From: an uncultured Chloroflexia bacterium
Lineage (GTDB): Bacteria; Chloroflexota; Chloroflexia; Thermomicrobiales; UBA6265
Assembly (NCBI GenBank): GCA_963741965.1
Contig: CAVUKC010000002.1
Span: forward strand, 1,513,869-1,577,868
Direction of reading: 5' to 3'
DNA length: 64,000 bases
The notes under the pieces are model-generated. The model searched no databases. It had not been told where the DNA came from and saw nothing but the letters and a program-made list of their open reading frames with translations. This document shows positions 40,449 to 50,359 of this stretch, one piece after another. Position numbers and translations under genes: made by a program. Position 1 is the stretch's first letter, and the number at the start of each line of letters is the position of its first letter.

Positions 40449-41511
40449 CGTCACCTTCGACCTGACCTTCGTTCACGGCGTGATCCTGCTCGTTGGAGTT
40501 GTGCTCTACGCCGTGTTCGGCGGAGCGGACTTCGGCGGCGGCGTCTGGGACATGTTCGCCACCGGGCCACGTGCCGAGGATCAGCGCAAGGAAATCGCCC
40601 GGGCGATCGGACCGATCTGGGAGGCGAACCACGTCTGGCTGATCTTTGTGGTGGTGCTCACCTTCACGGTCTACCCGCCCGTCTTCGCGGCAATCAGCAG
40701 CGCACTCTATGTCCCGCTCTCGCTCATCCTCGTCGGCATCACGGCGCGAGGCGCGGCCTTCGTCTTCCGGGCGTACGCGTCGGACGTCACGCCAGCGCGT
40801 GCGGTGCTGAGCCGGGTGTTCGCCGGGGCGAGCGTGATCACGCCGATCCTGCTCGGGATGGCGGCCGGCGCCGTCGCGACGGGCGATATCCGGGTCGAGG
40901 ATGGCAGCGTAACCAGCAGCCTCTGGACGACCTGGCTGAGCCCGTTTCCCATCGTAGTGGGACTGCTCGCGCTCACGGTCTGTGCCTACCTCGCCGCCGT
41001 CTACCTCTCGGTCGAGACGGGCGGCGAGCTGCAGGAGGACTTCCGAAAGCGCGCGCTGATCGCGGGCGCTGTCTTCACCGCACTCTCCGTGATCGCCCTC
41101 CCGTTGACCCGGTCGCAGGCGCCGGTGATCTGGGACGGCATGATGGACCGCGAGATCGTCACCGTGGTGCCGGTCGCCGTGCTGGCGGCCGCCGCGAGCG
41201 GGCTCGGCGTCCTGTATCGGCGCTTTCAGCTCGCCCGCGTAGCGGCGATCGTGTGGGTTGCGGTGATCATCGCGGGGTGGGCCCTGGCGCAATACCCGTA
41301 CCTGATTGTGCCGGACCTCACGGTCACGAATTCCGCGGCCGCACGGTCGATGCTGGTCGTTGCCCTGTGGACCTACGCGGTCGGCGCGATTTTCCTCGTG
41401 CCGGCGCTCTGGCTGCTGTTCACCATGTTCAAGGGCAAGAATCCCGCGACCACCGGCGCCTACGGCGCATCGACGGGCGAGCTCCACACCGCCGGGGACC
41501 ACGACATGTAG
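40435..41511 (+). CDS. cydB: Cytochrome bd oxidase subunit II
   Basis: GADFGGGVWDMF..IGPIWEANHVWLIF is typical of CydB. It overlaps the cydA end by 14 nt. Confidence 0.9.
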   Translation: MPWDDVTFDLTFVHGVILLVGVVLYAVFGGADFGGGVWDMFATGPRAEDQRKEIARAIGPIWEANHVWLIFVVVLTFTVYPPVFAAISSALYVPLSLILVGITARGAAFVFRAYASDVTPARAVLSRVFAGASVITPILLGMAAGAVATGDIRVEDGSVTSSLWTTWLSPFPIVVGLLALTVCAYLAAVYLSVETGGELQEDFRKRALIAGAVFTALSVIALPLTRSQAPVIWDGMMDREIVTVVPVAVLAAAASGLGVLYRRFQLARVAAIVWVAVIIAGWALAQYPYLIVPDLTVTNSAAARSMLVVALWTYAVGAIFLVPALWLLFTMFKGKNPATTGAYGASTGELHTAGDHDM

Positions 41512-41610
41512 TGGCCCGGCAGAGCGACCCAAACGCCGGGCTCCGGAGTTCCGTATTAGGATAGGAGGGCATCCCGTCGACCCGCACCCCCGAATACGGA
41601 GACCCGGCCC

Positions 41611-42252
41611 ATGGCGAAGAAGACGAGCAAGACCGTCGAGAAGCTCCGCGCGGACGTCCAGGCGCTCTCCGAAGCCGTGTGGGCGCTGAAGGAGCACGTC
41701 CGCGTCGAGCGGGCGGCGGAGTCGGCCGCGAACGGGTCCCGGAAGCAACGGAACCCGAAGCTCGAACGGCTCGAGCGTCAGGCCGAGACTGGCACCTCGC
41801 TCGGCGCGATCAGCACGTTTGGCGTGTTTCGGCTCCACGACAACCAGGATGGCGGGCGTCGCGTTCGATGGCACATGGACAACGTGACGGTCGAGTCCAT
41901 CATTCCCGCCGACATCGACCTTGCCGCGCAGCGCCTCGGCGCGATCGGTCACCGGCAGCGGCTCGCCATCCTCGTGGCCCTCCTTCAGCAACCCGCTACG
42001 GTCAACGACCTCGTCAGCAGCCTCGAGCTCGGCACATCGGGGGCCGCGTACCACCATCTCAACGTGTTACAGGCGGCCGGGATCGTGGTCCCGCAAGACC
42101 GCGGTGTTTTCGCAGTCGCGCCCGAGGAGGTCGGGTTCGTTGTCGGCGCGCTTACCGCACTCGCCACAAGCCCGACCATCGAGATCACCGCGGGCGAGAA
42201 TGCCCCCTCACCGGACGAACACGCTGCTGACGCCGCGGCGACGGCGTCATAG
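41611..42252 (+). CDS. ArsR-type winged-helix regulator with a ~100-aa N-terminal coiled-coil/unknown extension
   Basis: The C-terminal half HRQRLAILVALLQQPATVNDLVSSLELGTSGAAYHHLNVLQAAGIV is an ArsR-like HTH. The N-terminal part KTVEKLRADVQALSEAVWALKEHV is helical. Confidence 0.65.
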   Translation: MAKKTSKTVEKLRADVQALSEAVWALKEHVRVERAAESAANGSRKQRNPKLERLERQAETGTSLGAISTFGVFRLHDNQDGGRRVRWHMDNVTVESIIPADIDLAAQRLGAIGHRQRLAILVALLQQPATVNDLVSSLELGTSGAAYHHLNVLQAAGIVVPQDRGVFAVAPEEVGFVVGALTALATSPTIEITAGENAPSPDEHAADAAATAS

Positions 42253-42337
42253 CGCGGCGAAGCGCCGATTCCCTGCATCAAGGGCCGATCCTGTAGCCCC
42301 ACACCTCGTGTGCGGGATCGCTATGGCACCCAACGAC

Positions 42338-42361
42338 GAACCCCGCACGGGAGTGCGGGGT
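42338..42361. terminator. Hairpin between the convergent ArsR-like gene and typA
   Basis: AACCCCGCAC-ggga-GTGCGGGGTT forms a 10-bp perfect stem. On the minus strand it is followed by TTCGTCGTT. Confidence 0.6.
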
Positions 42362-42410
42362 TGCCGGTCAAGATCAATCGGGGGGTCGGGTTCTCTCGCG
42401 ATACCGCTGG

Positions 42411-44276
42411 CTACGCCCGGGCGGCTTCCGCCTGCTGGGCGCGCTTGCGCGCCTTGGCGCGGGCGTCCTGCGTCAGCAGCCGCTTGCGGAGCCGGTACGC
42501 CTTCGGCGTCACCTCCAGCAGCTCGTCGTCCTGCAGAAAGTCGAGGCACTGCTCCAGGCTCAGCTCTGTCGGCGGGGTCAGCCGCACGGCGATGTCCGAC
42601 GTGCTGGAGCGGATGTTCGTCAGCTTCTTGCCCTTGCAGACGTTGACGACGAGATCATCCGGTCGCGCGTGCTGCCCGACGATCATCCCTTCGTAGACTT
42701 CGGTGCCGGGGCCGATGAAGGTGACGCCGCGCTCCTGCGCGTTCGCAAGGCCGTTTGTCAGCGCCTGCCCCGCTTCGGAGGCGACCAGCGCGCCGCTGCG
42801 CGTCTGCGTGATCGGTCCCATCCACGGCTCGAACTCCAGCAGACGGGAGCCCATCGTCGCGTTGCCCTTGGTCGCCGTCAGCAGCGCGCTGCGGAGCCCG
42901 ATGAGACCGCGCGTGGGGATCGCATAGACGAGACGAACATGCCCCTTGCCATCGTTCACCATGTCGAGCATGCGGCCCTTGCGGGAGCCGGCGAGCTCGC
43001 TCACGGTGCCGACGAACGCCTCTGGCGTGTCGATCGTCAGCTCCTCCAGCGGCTCCATCACCGAGCCGTCGTCCGTGACGCGGGTGATGACCTCCGGCCG
43101 CGACACCTGGAACTCGTACCCCTCGCGGCGCATCGTCTCGATCAGGATGGAGAGATGCAGCTCGCCGCGGCCGGACACCGCGAACACATCAGGCTGGTCA
43201 GTCGGCTCCACCCGCAGCGAGAGATTGGTCTCCAGCTCGCGCTGCAGGCGCTCGCCGATCTGGCGCGACGTCGAGTACTGGCCGTCCTGTCCGGAGAACG
43301 GCGAGGTCGACACACCGAACGTCAGCTTCAGCGTCGGCTCGTCGATGTGGACCCGTGACATCGGCTCCGGGTGCTCGGGGTGCGTGATGGTCTCGCCGAT
43401 CTTCACATCCGAAAAGCCGGTGATCGCCACCAGCTCGCCGGCGCGACCCAGCTCGGTATCCCGCTTGCCAAGACCCTCGAAGGTCATCAACGAGGAGACG
43501 CGCTGTCGGTCCACAATGCCGTCCTCGCCGACCTGGGCAAGCACATCGCCCGCACGGAGCGTCCCGCGATGGATGCGGCCGATCGCGATGCGGCCACGGT
43601 GCGCGTCGTAATCCAGCGAGGTGACGCGCATCTGGAACGGCGCCTCCTCGTCGACCACTGGCGCGGGCACCACGTTGAGGATGGTATCCAGCAGGCCCTG
43701 AAGGTTCGGCTGGAGGCTGTCCGGGCTGAAGCCGGCCTTGCCGTCGCGGGCGATCGCGTAGAGCACCGGGAACTCGAGCTGCTCCGGCTCGACGGCGAGG
43801 TCGAGGAAGAGATCGTTGATCAGCTCCAGCACCTCGTCGATGCGCGCATTGTTGCGGTCGATCTTGTTGATCACGACGATCGGGCGGAGACCGAGCTCAA
43901 GCGCCTGGGTGAGCACGGTGCGTGTCTGCGGCATCGGCCCCTCAGCGGCGTCGACCAGCAGCAGACAGCCGTCGGCCATGTCGAGCACGCGCTCGACCTC
44001 ACCGCCGAAGTCGGCGTGACCCGGCGTGTCGATCACATTGATCTTGACGTCGCGATACATGATCGCCGTGTTCTTGGAGAGGATGGTGATGCCGCGCTCC
44101 CGCTCGAGATCGTTGGAGTCCATGATCAGCTCGCCGGCGGCATCGGCGTCGCGGAAGATGTTGGACTGCTTGAGCAGCCCGTCAACGAGCGACGTCTTGC
44201 CGTGGTCGACGTGCGCGATGATGGCGATATTGCGAAGGTCGGCTCGGGTCGCGAGGGCGGTGTCGGTCATGGGCAT
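42411..44276 (-). CDS. typA: Translational GTPase TypA/BipA
   Basis: [55 protein letters not shown]. 621 aa, full length. Confidence 0.95.
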   Translation of the reverse strand: MPMTDTALATRADLRNIAIIAHVDHGKTSLVDGLLKQSNIFRDADAAGELIMDSNDLERERGITILSKNTAIMYRDVKINVIDTPGHADFGGEVERVLDMADGCLLLVDAAEGPMPQTRTVLTQALELGLRPIVVINKIDRNNARIDEVLELINDLFLDLAVEPEQLEFPVLYAIARDGKAGFSPDSLQPNLQGLLDTILNVVPAPVVDEEAPFQMRVTSLDYDAHRGRIAIGRIHRGTLRAGDVLAQVGEDGIVDRQRVSSLMTFEGLGKRDTELGRAGELVAITGFSDVKIGETITHPEHPEPMSRVHIDEPTLKLTFGVSTSPFSGQDGQYSTSRQIGERLQRELETNLSLRVEPTDQPDVFAVSGRGELHLSILIETMRREGYEFQVSRPEVITRVTDDGSVMEPLEELTIDTPEAFVGTVSELAGSRKGRMLDMVNDGKGHVRLVYAIPTRGLIGLRSALLTATKGNATMGSRLLEFEPWMGPITQTRSGALVASEAGQALTNGLANAQERGVTFIGPGTEVYEGMIVGQHARPDDLVVNVCKGKKLTNIRSSTSDIAVRLTPPTELSLEQCLDFLQDDELLEVTPKAYRLRKRLLTQDARAKARKRAQQAEAARA

Positions 44277-44443
44277 CAGGCATCCGGGGGTGACGTGCGC
44301 GTGGGCACGAGGACGGTCAGCAGAAAGGTGCTCTGGATTCGGAGGTCAGGTGGAGGGACACGCGAAACACCCCGATTCGGGGCATCTCCAGCGGTCAAGT
44401 CCAATTCAGCATACCACGATGGCCGTTATGTCGCGGTAACAGA

Positions 44444-44488
44444 GTCATCCTGCGAAACGTTGCAAACGTGGCACGGTGTTTCCGAATC
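44444..44488 (+). repeat. Degenerate member of the GTCAT...GAATC short intergenic repeat family
   Basis: GTCATCCTGCGAAACGTTGCAAACGTGGCACGGTGTTTCCGAATC. It has the same length (45 nt) and termini as the copies at 60882, 60969 and 61036, and an internal ACGTT-gca-AACGT hairpin. Confidence 0.4.
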
Positions 44489-44591
44489 GCCACTTGCCCA
44501 CCTGCACCACAGGAGAGATGCCTCAAGAACGATACGGCCAATCTGATGCTACCATGGTGATGCGTCGAATTGACACCAAGGAGCGATAAAC

Positions 44592-44822
44592 ATGAGAACC
44601 ACTATCACCATCGATGACGATGCCTTGACAATCGCACGGGAGCAAGCGGATGCGTCGGGGATAACCCTGGGGCAGGCGGTTTCGCTCCTGATCCGTCACG
44701 GGGCGGCGGCCCACCGCAAACCGGTGCGCTATCCAGGAAACTTCACACCGTTCCCTGAACGTCCTGACGAGCCCATGGTCACGCTCGAGCATGTCAATTG
44801 TCTTCGGGATGAGCTTGCCTGA
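44592..44822 (+). CDS. vapB: Type II antitoxin (VapB-like)
   Basis: MRTTITIDDDALTIAREQADASGITLGQAVSLLIRHG. It lies immediately upstream of a PIN toxin, and its stop overlaps the toxin start. Confidence 0.8.
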   Translation: MRTTITIDDDALTIAREQADASGITLGQAVSLLIRHGAAAHRKPVRYPGNFTPFPERPDEPMVTLEHVNCLRDELA

Positions 44823-45253
44823 TGCGTTATCTCCTTGATGTCAATGTGTTGATCGCATTGCTCGACGCCAACCATGTGCACCACACTCGCGCGATGGGCT
44901 GGTTTATCGGCAGTGCTCAGCGAGGTTGGCTGACCTGTCCCACCGTCGAAAACGGAACGATACGCATCATGAGTGGAGCGCGATACGGACCAACCCTGTT
45001 CTCGCCCAGCGTCGTCGCCGAGCGGCTGCAACTCCTGATGGATGCGACCATGCACGCGTTTATACCCGACGACGTGAGCCTGTTGGATGGAAACAGGGTG
45101 CATCGTCATGAGCTGAAGCGGAGTAGCCAGATTACGGATACATACCTACTCGCCCTGGCGGTTGCCAACCGCGCCCACCTTGCGACCATGGACCAGCGTC
45201 TGTCACCGACCGTGGTACCCGGCGGTGCGGATCACCTCTACCAAATCCCCTGA
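44822..45253 (+). CDS. vapC: PIN-domain ribonuclease toxin VapC
   Basis: MRYLLDVNVLIALLD (first acidic residue) ... ITDTYLLALAVANRAHLATMD (C-terminal acidic residues). 143 aa. Confidence 0.85.
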   Translation: MRYLLDVNVLIALLDANHVHHTRAMGWFIGSAQRGWLTCPTVENGTIRIMSGARYGPTLFSPSVVAERLQLLMDATMHAFIPDDVSLLDGNRVHRHELKRSSQITDTYLLALAVANRAHLATMDQRLSPTVVPGGADHLYQIP

Positions 45254-45285
45254 CTTCTTGCTGCCGTTTCGCGATCCGCTCTCAG

Positions 45286-45768
45286 TTAGCCTCCCTGCTC
45301 CCGAAGCGGCAGCCAGATTTCCATATTGAGGTCGTCGCCCGGCCGGTACGGGGCGGTGTAGCGCTCCAGCCAGAGGATCTCGCGGTTGACCTCCCGCCCC
45401 TCCCGCAGCAGCCAGGCGAACATCGCCGCGTAGAGGTTGCCCAGCTCCTCGCGACTGCCGCGATGGCTGGCGACGAGGTATTCGTGGCGCGGAATCTGGA
45501 TGCTCACCAGGTCGCCCGGCAGCTCCGTCACCGGCTGGCTACCAGTCATGCCGACGTAGCAGGTCAGCTCCGTCTCGCGGATGTGGCAGGCGCTCAACCA
45601 CTCGTTGCGGTTGAGCGCTTCCGGCAGGGCATCGACACGTGACACCAGGGACTCCCACGCCTCTGCGGTGCGCGTCTCGGCGAGCTCGAACGGACCTGAC
45701 AGCACGAGCCCCGTCAGCCATCCGCGCTCTCGAACCTCGAGACGAAACCCCTGGTCGCGATCGGTCAT
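45286..45768 (-). CDS. GyrI-like / effector-binding domain protein
   Basis: 160 aa. The two-repeat beta-alpha-beta-beta pattern and EIWLPL near the C-terminus are typical of GyrI-like small-molecule-binding domains. The assignment is by resemblance only. Confidence 0.6.
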   Translation of the reverse strand: MTDRDQGFRLEVRERGWLTGLVLSGPFELAETRTAEAWESLVSRVDALPEALNRNEWLSACHIRETELTCYVGMTGSQPVTELPGDLVSIQIPRHEYLVASHRGSREELGNLYAAMFAWLLREGREVNREILWLERYTAPYRPGDDLNMEIWLPLREQGG

Positions 45769-45770
45769 GG

Positions 45771-47496
45771 TCAGCGATCCGGATCAAGCGTCGCGAGGAG
45801 CTCCGCCGTGATCGCCTTGACCCGGTCGACGATCTCGTCCATCGGCACCATCGTCGACTCGCTCTCGGTGCGGAGCCGGAGCTCAACCTCGCCTGCCTCG
45901 AGCGTCCGCTTGCTGATGGAGAGCCGGATCGGGTTGCCGATGAGCTCCGCGTCGGTGAACTTCACACCGGGGCGATCCGTGCGATCGTCGTACAGCACCT
46001 CGACGCCAGCGGTCTTCAACTGCTTGTAGAGCGTGTCGGTAGCCTCGATGACGGCATCCTCCTTGCCGAGCGACAGCAGCGAGACCTGATACGGCGCGAT
46101 CGAGATCGGCCAGATGATGCCGCGATCGTCGTGGCACTGCTCCACCACGGAAGCAGCGTTGCGACCAATTCCGATGCCATAGGAGCCCATCACCACCGGC
46201 TGCGCCTTGCCATCCCGATCGAGGTAGGTCGCGCCCATCTTCTCGGTGTAGCGCGTGCCAAGCTGGAAGATATTGCCGACCTCGATACCGCGCTCCAGCT
46301 TCATCGGCGTGCCACAGACCGGGCACGGCGCGCCCTCCCACGCCGAGGCGATATTGGCGACGATGTCCGCCTGATAGTCGCGCCCGAGGTTGACATTCTT
46401 CGCGTGGTACCCCGGCTTGTTGGCGCCGGCGACGAGGTTCGGCGAGGCCTCGATGCTCTCATCGACGACGATGAAGGCGTCGTGCACGCCGACCGGGGAG
46501 CCGTAGCCCGGCTCGGCGCCGTGCGCGCGAATCTGCTCGGAGGTCGCCGGGGTCAGCGTCGCCTCGCCGGTCGCCTGTCGCAGCGCGGTCTCGTTCACAT
46601 CGAGATCACCGCGAACGACGGCGAAGATGAACCTGCCGCTCTCTCCGGTGAAGAAGACGGCCTTCGCCGTCCGGCTCAGCGGGACGTCCAGCAGCTCGGC
46701 GAGCTTCGCGATGGTATCGGTGTCCGGTGTCTCGACGAGCTCCATCGGCAGGGGCTCTTCCTGCTGAGGCTCGTCGCGCTTGAACAGGGCCACCTCGCGG
46801 TTCGCCGCGTAGTCGCCGTTCGGGCAGATGAAGAGCGTATCCTCGCCGTTCGGTGAGAACGCCATGTACTCCTCGGACTTCGAACCGCCCATCATGCCGA
46901 CGTCCGCGCCGACCTTGATGAAGTCGAGGCCGATGCCGCGTGAAAATACGGTCGTAGGCCTCGGCGTGCTTCTCGTAACCGGTGTTGAGGGCATCCGCGT
47001 CCGTGTCCAGCGAGTAGCTGTCCTTCATCGTGAACTCGCGCACGCGAATGAGACCGCCGCGCGAGCGCGGCTCATCGCGCCACTTGGTCTGGATGTGATA
47101 GACGATCTGCGGCAGCTGCCGGTAGGAGTTGATCTCCGTCGAGACGAGGTCGGTGACGACCTCCTCGTGCGTCATTGCCAGCACGAGATCGCGGTCGGCC
47201 CGGTCCTTGAGGCGGGTCATCTCCGGCCCGACGTCGTAGAACCGGCCCGAGCGCTCCCAGATGTCGGACGGATGCACCACCGGCATCAGCATTTCCTGCC
47301 CGCCGATGCGATCCATCTCCTCGCGCACGATCTGCTCGACCTTGCGGATGACGCGGTAGCCGAGAGGCAGCAGGCTGTAGAGCCCCGCACCGAGCGGGCG
47401 GATCATGGCGGCCCGGACCATCAGCTGATGGCTGGGAATCTCCGCGTCCGCCGGTGCCTCGCGAAGCGTTCGTCCAAACAGGTGCGCCATCCGCAT
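45771..47496 (-). pseudogene. proS: Prolyl-tRNA synthetase, split by an apparent +1 frame change near 46936-46941
   Basis: The N-terminal 186 codons of ORF 46606..47496 (MRMAHLFGRTLREAP..FTMKDSYS..YEKHAEAYDRIFT) are ProRS. The conserved continuation GIGLDFIKVGADVGMMGGSKSEEYM.. runs to the C-terminus in the +1 frame (ORF 45771..46994). The coding-strand junction is ATTTTCACGCGGCATCGGCCTCGAC. Confidence 0.85.
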
Positions 47497-47589
47497 GGGT
47501 GCTGTCGCCTTCCATAAGTTCGGTGGTCATGAACAGGGCGGCGCTCTGCCGCCCGGCATCTCATTCACTGTGATCAGGATACAGGAAAG

Positions 47590-47636
47590 TCGGGCCAACC
47601 CGATCAGAGCAAGCGCCGGGGACCGGACAGGATGAC
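47590..47636 (-). repeat. Weak member of the GTCAT... repeat family
   Basis: The minus strand reads GTCATCCTGTCCGGTCCCCGGCGCTTGCTCTGATCGGG. The 5' end matches the family; the 3' end is divergent. Confidence 0.3.
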
Positions 47637-47714
47637 GCCATGGCACGGGCTCGCCTGCAGGGAAAGGCCCGTTCGGAGCGCTTCTTGGCCATGGCGTGGC
47701 CTTTCCACCTGATC

Positions 47715-47763
47715 GTCATGCTGAGACGTGAGGTGCAAGAGTGCCGAACCGTACCGAAGCATC
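47715..47763 (+). repeat. Short intergenic repeat (GTCATGCTGAG...CGAAGCATC)
   Basis: GTCATGCTGAGACGTGAGGTGCAAGAGTGCCGAACCGTACCGAAGCATC. It lies in inverted orientation relative to the copy at 47855-47906. Confidence 0.5.
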
Positions 47764-47854
47764 CCCGCGCGATGCGCCGGCACCGCAGGTGCCGAATCAA
47801 GGAACAGCGAGTCTGGAGAGTCACTCTGCCCTGCGGGCAGCGGCTTCGCCGGGG

Positions 47855-47906
47855 GATCCTTCGACACGGCGGCGTCGCCTTTGGCTCCTTGCCGGCTCAG
47901 GATGAC
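47855..47906 (-). repeat. Short intergenic repeat (GTCATCCTGAGC...CGAAGGATC)
   Basis: The minus strand reads GTCATCCTGAGCCGGCAAGGAGCCAAAGGCGACGCCGCCGTGTCGAAGGATC. Confidence 0.5.
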
Positions 47907-47945
47907 AAGGAATTCGGGCGAGCCCACGCCGGGTCCACAAACGCG

Positions 47946-48485
47946 CTACGACTTCGCGAGGCGCGGGCCGTCATTCGACGCCAGATCCTCGGCGCGGGCG
48001 ACGATGAACAGCAGCGACGACAGCCGGTTGAGGTACCGCAGGATCTCCGGGTTGGGCATCTTGCCGGCGTGGTCCAGCCCAACGGCAAGCCGCTCCGCCC
48101 GCCGGACCACCGTGCGCGCGACGTCCAGCGCAGCGCCGGCGACCGTGTCGCCCGGAATCACGAACTGCGGCGGCAGCTCCACCGTCGCCTCCACCGTGGC
48201 GATGGACGCCTCGACCCAGGCGACTCGTTCGGCAGGCAGCCGGTAGGCGTCCGGGCGCAGCTCGTCGACGAACGCCAGCTCCGCCATGATCTGGTAGAGA
48301 TCGCGCTGCGCCTGGATCAGCAGCTCCTGCCAGGCGGCAATAGAGGAACTGGCCCGCCCCAACCCGATCGATGAGGTGGACTCGTCGAGTGCGCCCATGA
48401 GGTCGATGCGCGGGTCATCCTTGCCGACACGCTCCCCGAGCAGGTCGGTGGCGCCCTGGTCGCCCTTTGCTGTGTAAATCCGCAT
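47946..48485 (-). CDS. PduO-type ATP:cob(I)alamin adenosyltransferase
   Basis: MRIYTAKGDQGATDLLGERVGKDDPRIDLMGALDE ... VIPGDTVAGAALDVARTVVRRAER ... YLNRLSSLLF. Confidence 0.85.
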   Translation of the reverse strand: MRIYTAKGDQGATDLLGERVGKDDPRIDLMGALDESTSSIGLGRASSSIAAWQELLIQAQRDLYQIMAELAFVDELRPDAYRLPAERVAWVEASIATVEATVELPPQFVIPGDTVAGAALDVARTVVRRAERLAVGLDHAGKMPNPEILRYLNRLSSLLFIVARAEDLASNDGPRLAKS

Positions 48486-48712
48486 GATTCCTGTGCTCCC
48501 GGGCGATTCCGGTGTCCCGGTTGCCGCCCGTCGCGCCGCCGATGCGGCCGGTTTCAGTCATCTCTGGAGTGTCCGTACTGTGGTAGCCTTGGCACCTACG
48601 GATGGGAAGTCTGGCACGTTTCTCCACCTGCCCGCCACACGCCGCGCGCGTCGTTCCAAGCCAGCTCTGCCGACCGTCATCACGTCGCTCGAGGTGCAGT
48701 CCCGTGTCCTAC

Positions 48713-49861
48713 ATGCCACACACAGCACGATACTCCCCGCTGCGCGTTGAGGTTGATCCGGACCGACCGGTACGTGTCGCCATCATCGGCACCGGCATCG
48801 GCGCCGCAGTCCACATCCCCGTGTTTCGCCAGCTCGAGGGCACCGAGATCGTCGCGATCGGCTCCCGCCGGATCGAGCGGGCGAAGGAGATCGCCAACCG
48901 GCACCGGATCGAGCTGCCGTCCGACGACTACCGCGAGATCGTCGACCACCCGGACGTCGACGCGGTGGTGATCGCCACGCCTCCCTACCTGCACCACACA
49001 ATCGGTATCGCCGCGATCGAGGCCGGCAAGCACGTTCTCTGCGAGAAGCCGATGGCGCGCAACCTCGCCGAGGCCCGCGACATGGTGAACCTCGCGCGGA
49101 CCGCTCAGGTGGCCGCCGTGGTCAACCACGAGTATCGGTACATGTCGGCCCGCCGGCACGTCAAGACGATGATCGACGAGGGCTTCATCGGAGAACCGCA
49201 GTCGGCGTCGATCGTGGTCTACCGCTCCAGCCTCGCCGACCCAAACGGCCGGCCGTTCAGCTGGCTGATGGAGCGCGAGAAGGCCGGCGGCATGCTCGCG
49301 GCGTCCGGTTCGCACTATATCGACCTGCTGCGCTGGTGGTTCGGCGACATCAAGGCGGTTGCAGGTCTGACGGCAACGATGGTGCCGCACCGCCACCTGC
49401 CGGACTCCGCCGAGATGGCGCATGTCGACGCGGACGACAATTTCTCGCTGATGCTTCGCTTCCACAACGGGGCGATCGCGACGATCCACGTCTCCGCCAC
49501 CGCCGTGTCCGACGCTGGCGAGGAGATCACGCTCTCGGGCTCGAACGGCATGCTGCTGCTCCAGGGCGACGGTGCCCTCTGGGGCGCGCGGGGTCAGGAC
49601 GCGGGGCTCTTCGAGATCGACATCCCTCGCCCGCAGAACCGCAAGATGCCGGAATTCGCCCACATCCTCGCGCGGCCCACCGCGCTGCTGGCGATGGACT
49701 GGATCTCGGCGATCCGCACCGGTGAGATGCCGGAGCACGTGCCGACCTTCGAGGACGGCGCCCGCGTGCAGGAGATCATCGATGGTGTGCATCGCTCCTC
49801 CGCGCAGGGGCGCTGGATCGACACCAGTGGCGCCCGCTGGCCGATTTCGCGCGGGTTCTGA
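48713..49861 (+). CDS. Gfo/Idh/MocA family NAD(P)-dependent oxidoreductase
   Basis: VRVAIIGTGIGAAVHIPVF Rossmann N-terminus and EKPMARNLAEA motif. The start was moved to ATG 48713, inside table ORF 48602..49861. Confidence 0.85.
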   Translation: MPHTARYSPLRVEVDPDRPVRVAIIGTGIGAAVHIPVFRQLEGTEIVAIGSRRIERAKEIANRHRIELPSDDYREIVDHPDVDAVVIATPPYLHHTIGIAAIEAGKHVLCEKPMARNLAEARDMVNLARTAQVAAVVNHEYRYMSARRHVKTMIDEGFIGEPQSASIVVYRSSLADPNGRPFSWLMEREKAGGMLAASGSHYIDLLRWWFGDIKAVAGLTATMVPHRHLPDSAEMAHVDADDNFSLMLRFHNGAIATIHVSATAVSDAGEEITLSGSNGMLLLQGDGALWGARGQDAGLFEIDIPRPQNRKMPEFAHILARPTALLAMDWISAIRTGEMPEHVPTFEDGARVQEIIDGVHRSSAQGRWIDTSGARWPISRGF

Positions 49862-49882
49862 GGCTGCAACCGGAGGACAGCG

Positions 49883-50359
49883 ATGACGCATCCTGATCAG
49901 GGCGCCGGCACGCACGCGACAAGGGTGATCAACGCTCCACGCGAAACGGTGTACAAGGCGTTCACTGATCCCAATGCGCTCGTCAGCTGGCGTGCCCCTG
50001 GCGACATGACGGCAACCATGCACCACTTCGATCTCCGCGTTGGCGGCGGGTACACGATGTCGCTGTTCTATGGAACACCCGACCCGAACAACCCCGGCAA
50101 GTTCTCGGACGGTGAGGACCGCTACACATCCCGGTTCGTCGCACTGGACCCGCCCTCTCGCATCGTCGAGGCAATCACGTTCGATACCGAGAATCCCGCG
50201 CTCGCCGGCGAGATGACCATGGAGGTCACGCTGGTGGCCATAGGCGACCGGACAGAGGTGACCATGGCCTTCCGGAACCTGCCGTCCGGCGTCCGGCCGG
50301 AGGACAACGACGCCGGCACACGCTCCTCGCTCGACAAGCTCGCCCGCTTCGTCGGATAG
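49883..50359 (+). CDS. SRPBCC/AHSA1-like domain protein
   Basis: INAPRETVYKAFTDPNALVSWRAPGDM..HHFDLRVGGGY is typical of the Aha1/START-like family. Confidence 0.75.
   Translation: MTHPDQGAGTHATRVINAPRETVYKAFTDPNALVSWRAPGDMTATMHHFDLRVGGGYTMSLFYGTPDPNNPGKFSDGEDRYTSRFVALDPPSRIVEAITFDTENPALAGEMTMEVTLVAIGDRTEVTMAFRNLPSGVRPEDNDAGTRSSLDKLARFVG

Noticed and set aside
47497-47945. Possible T-box riboswitch leader upstream of proS
   Set aside because: I read the minus strand looking for the T-box core (..GGTGGTACCGCG..) and for AGAGA/GNUGGNA-type elements. Only a loose GGTACGGTTCGG stretch is present, and I could not assemble a specifier-loop, antiterminator or terminator architecture. The structure is better explained by the short repeat family.
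48486-48712. Cobalamin riboswitch upstream of the PduO-type adenosyltransferase
   Set aside because: The minus-strand reading shows none of the conserved B12-element blocks. This appears to be an ordinary divergent promoter region.
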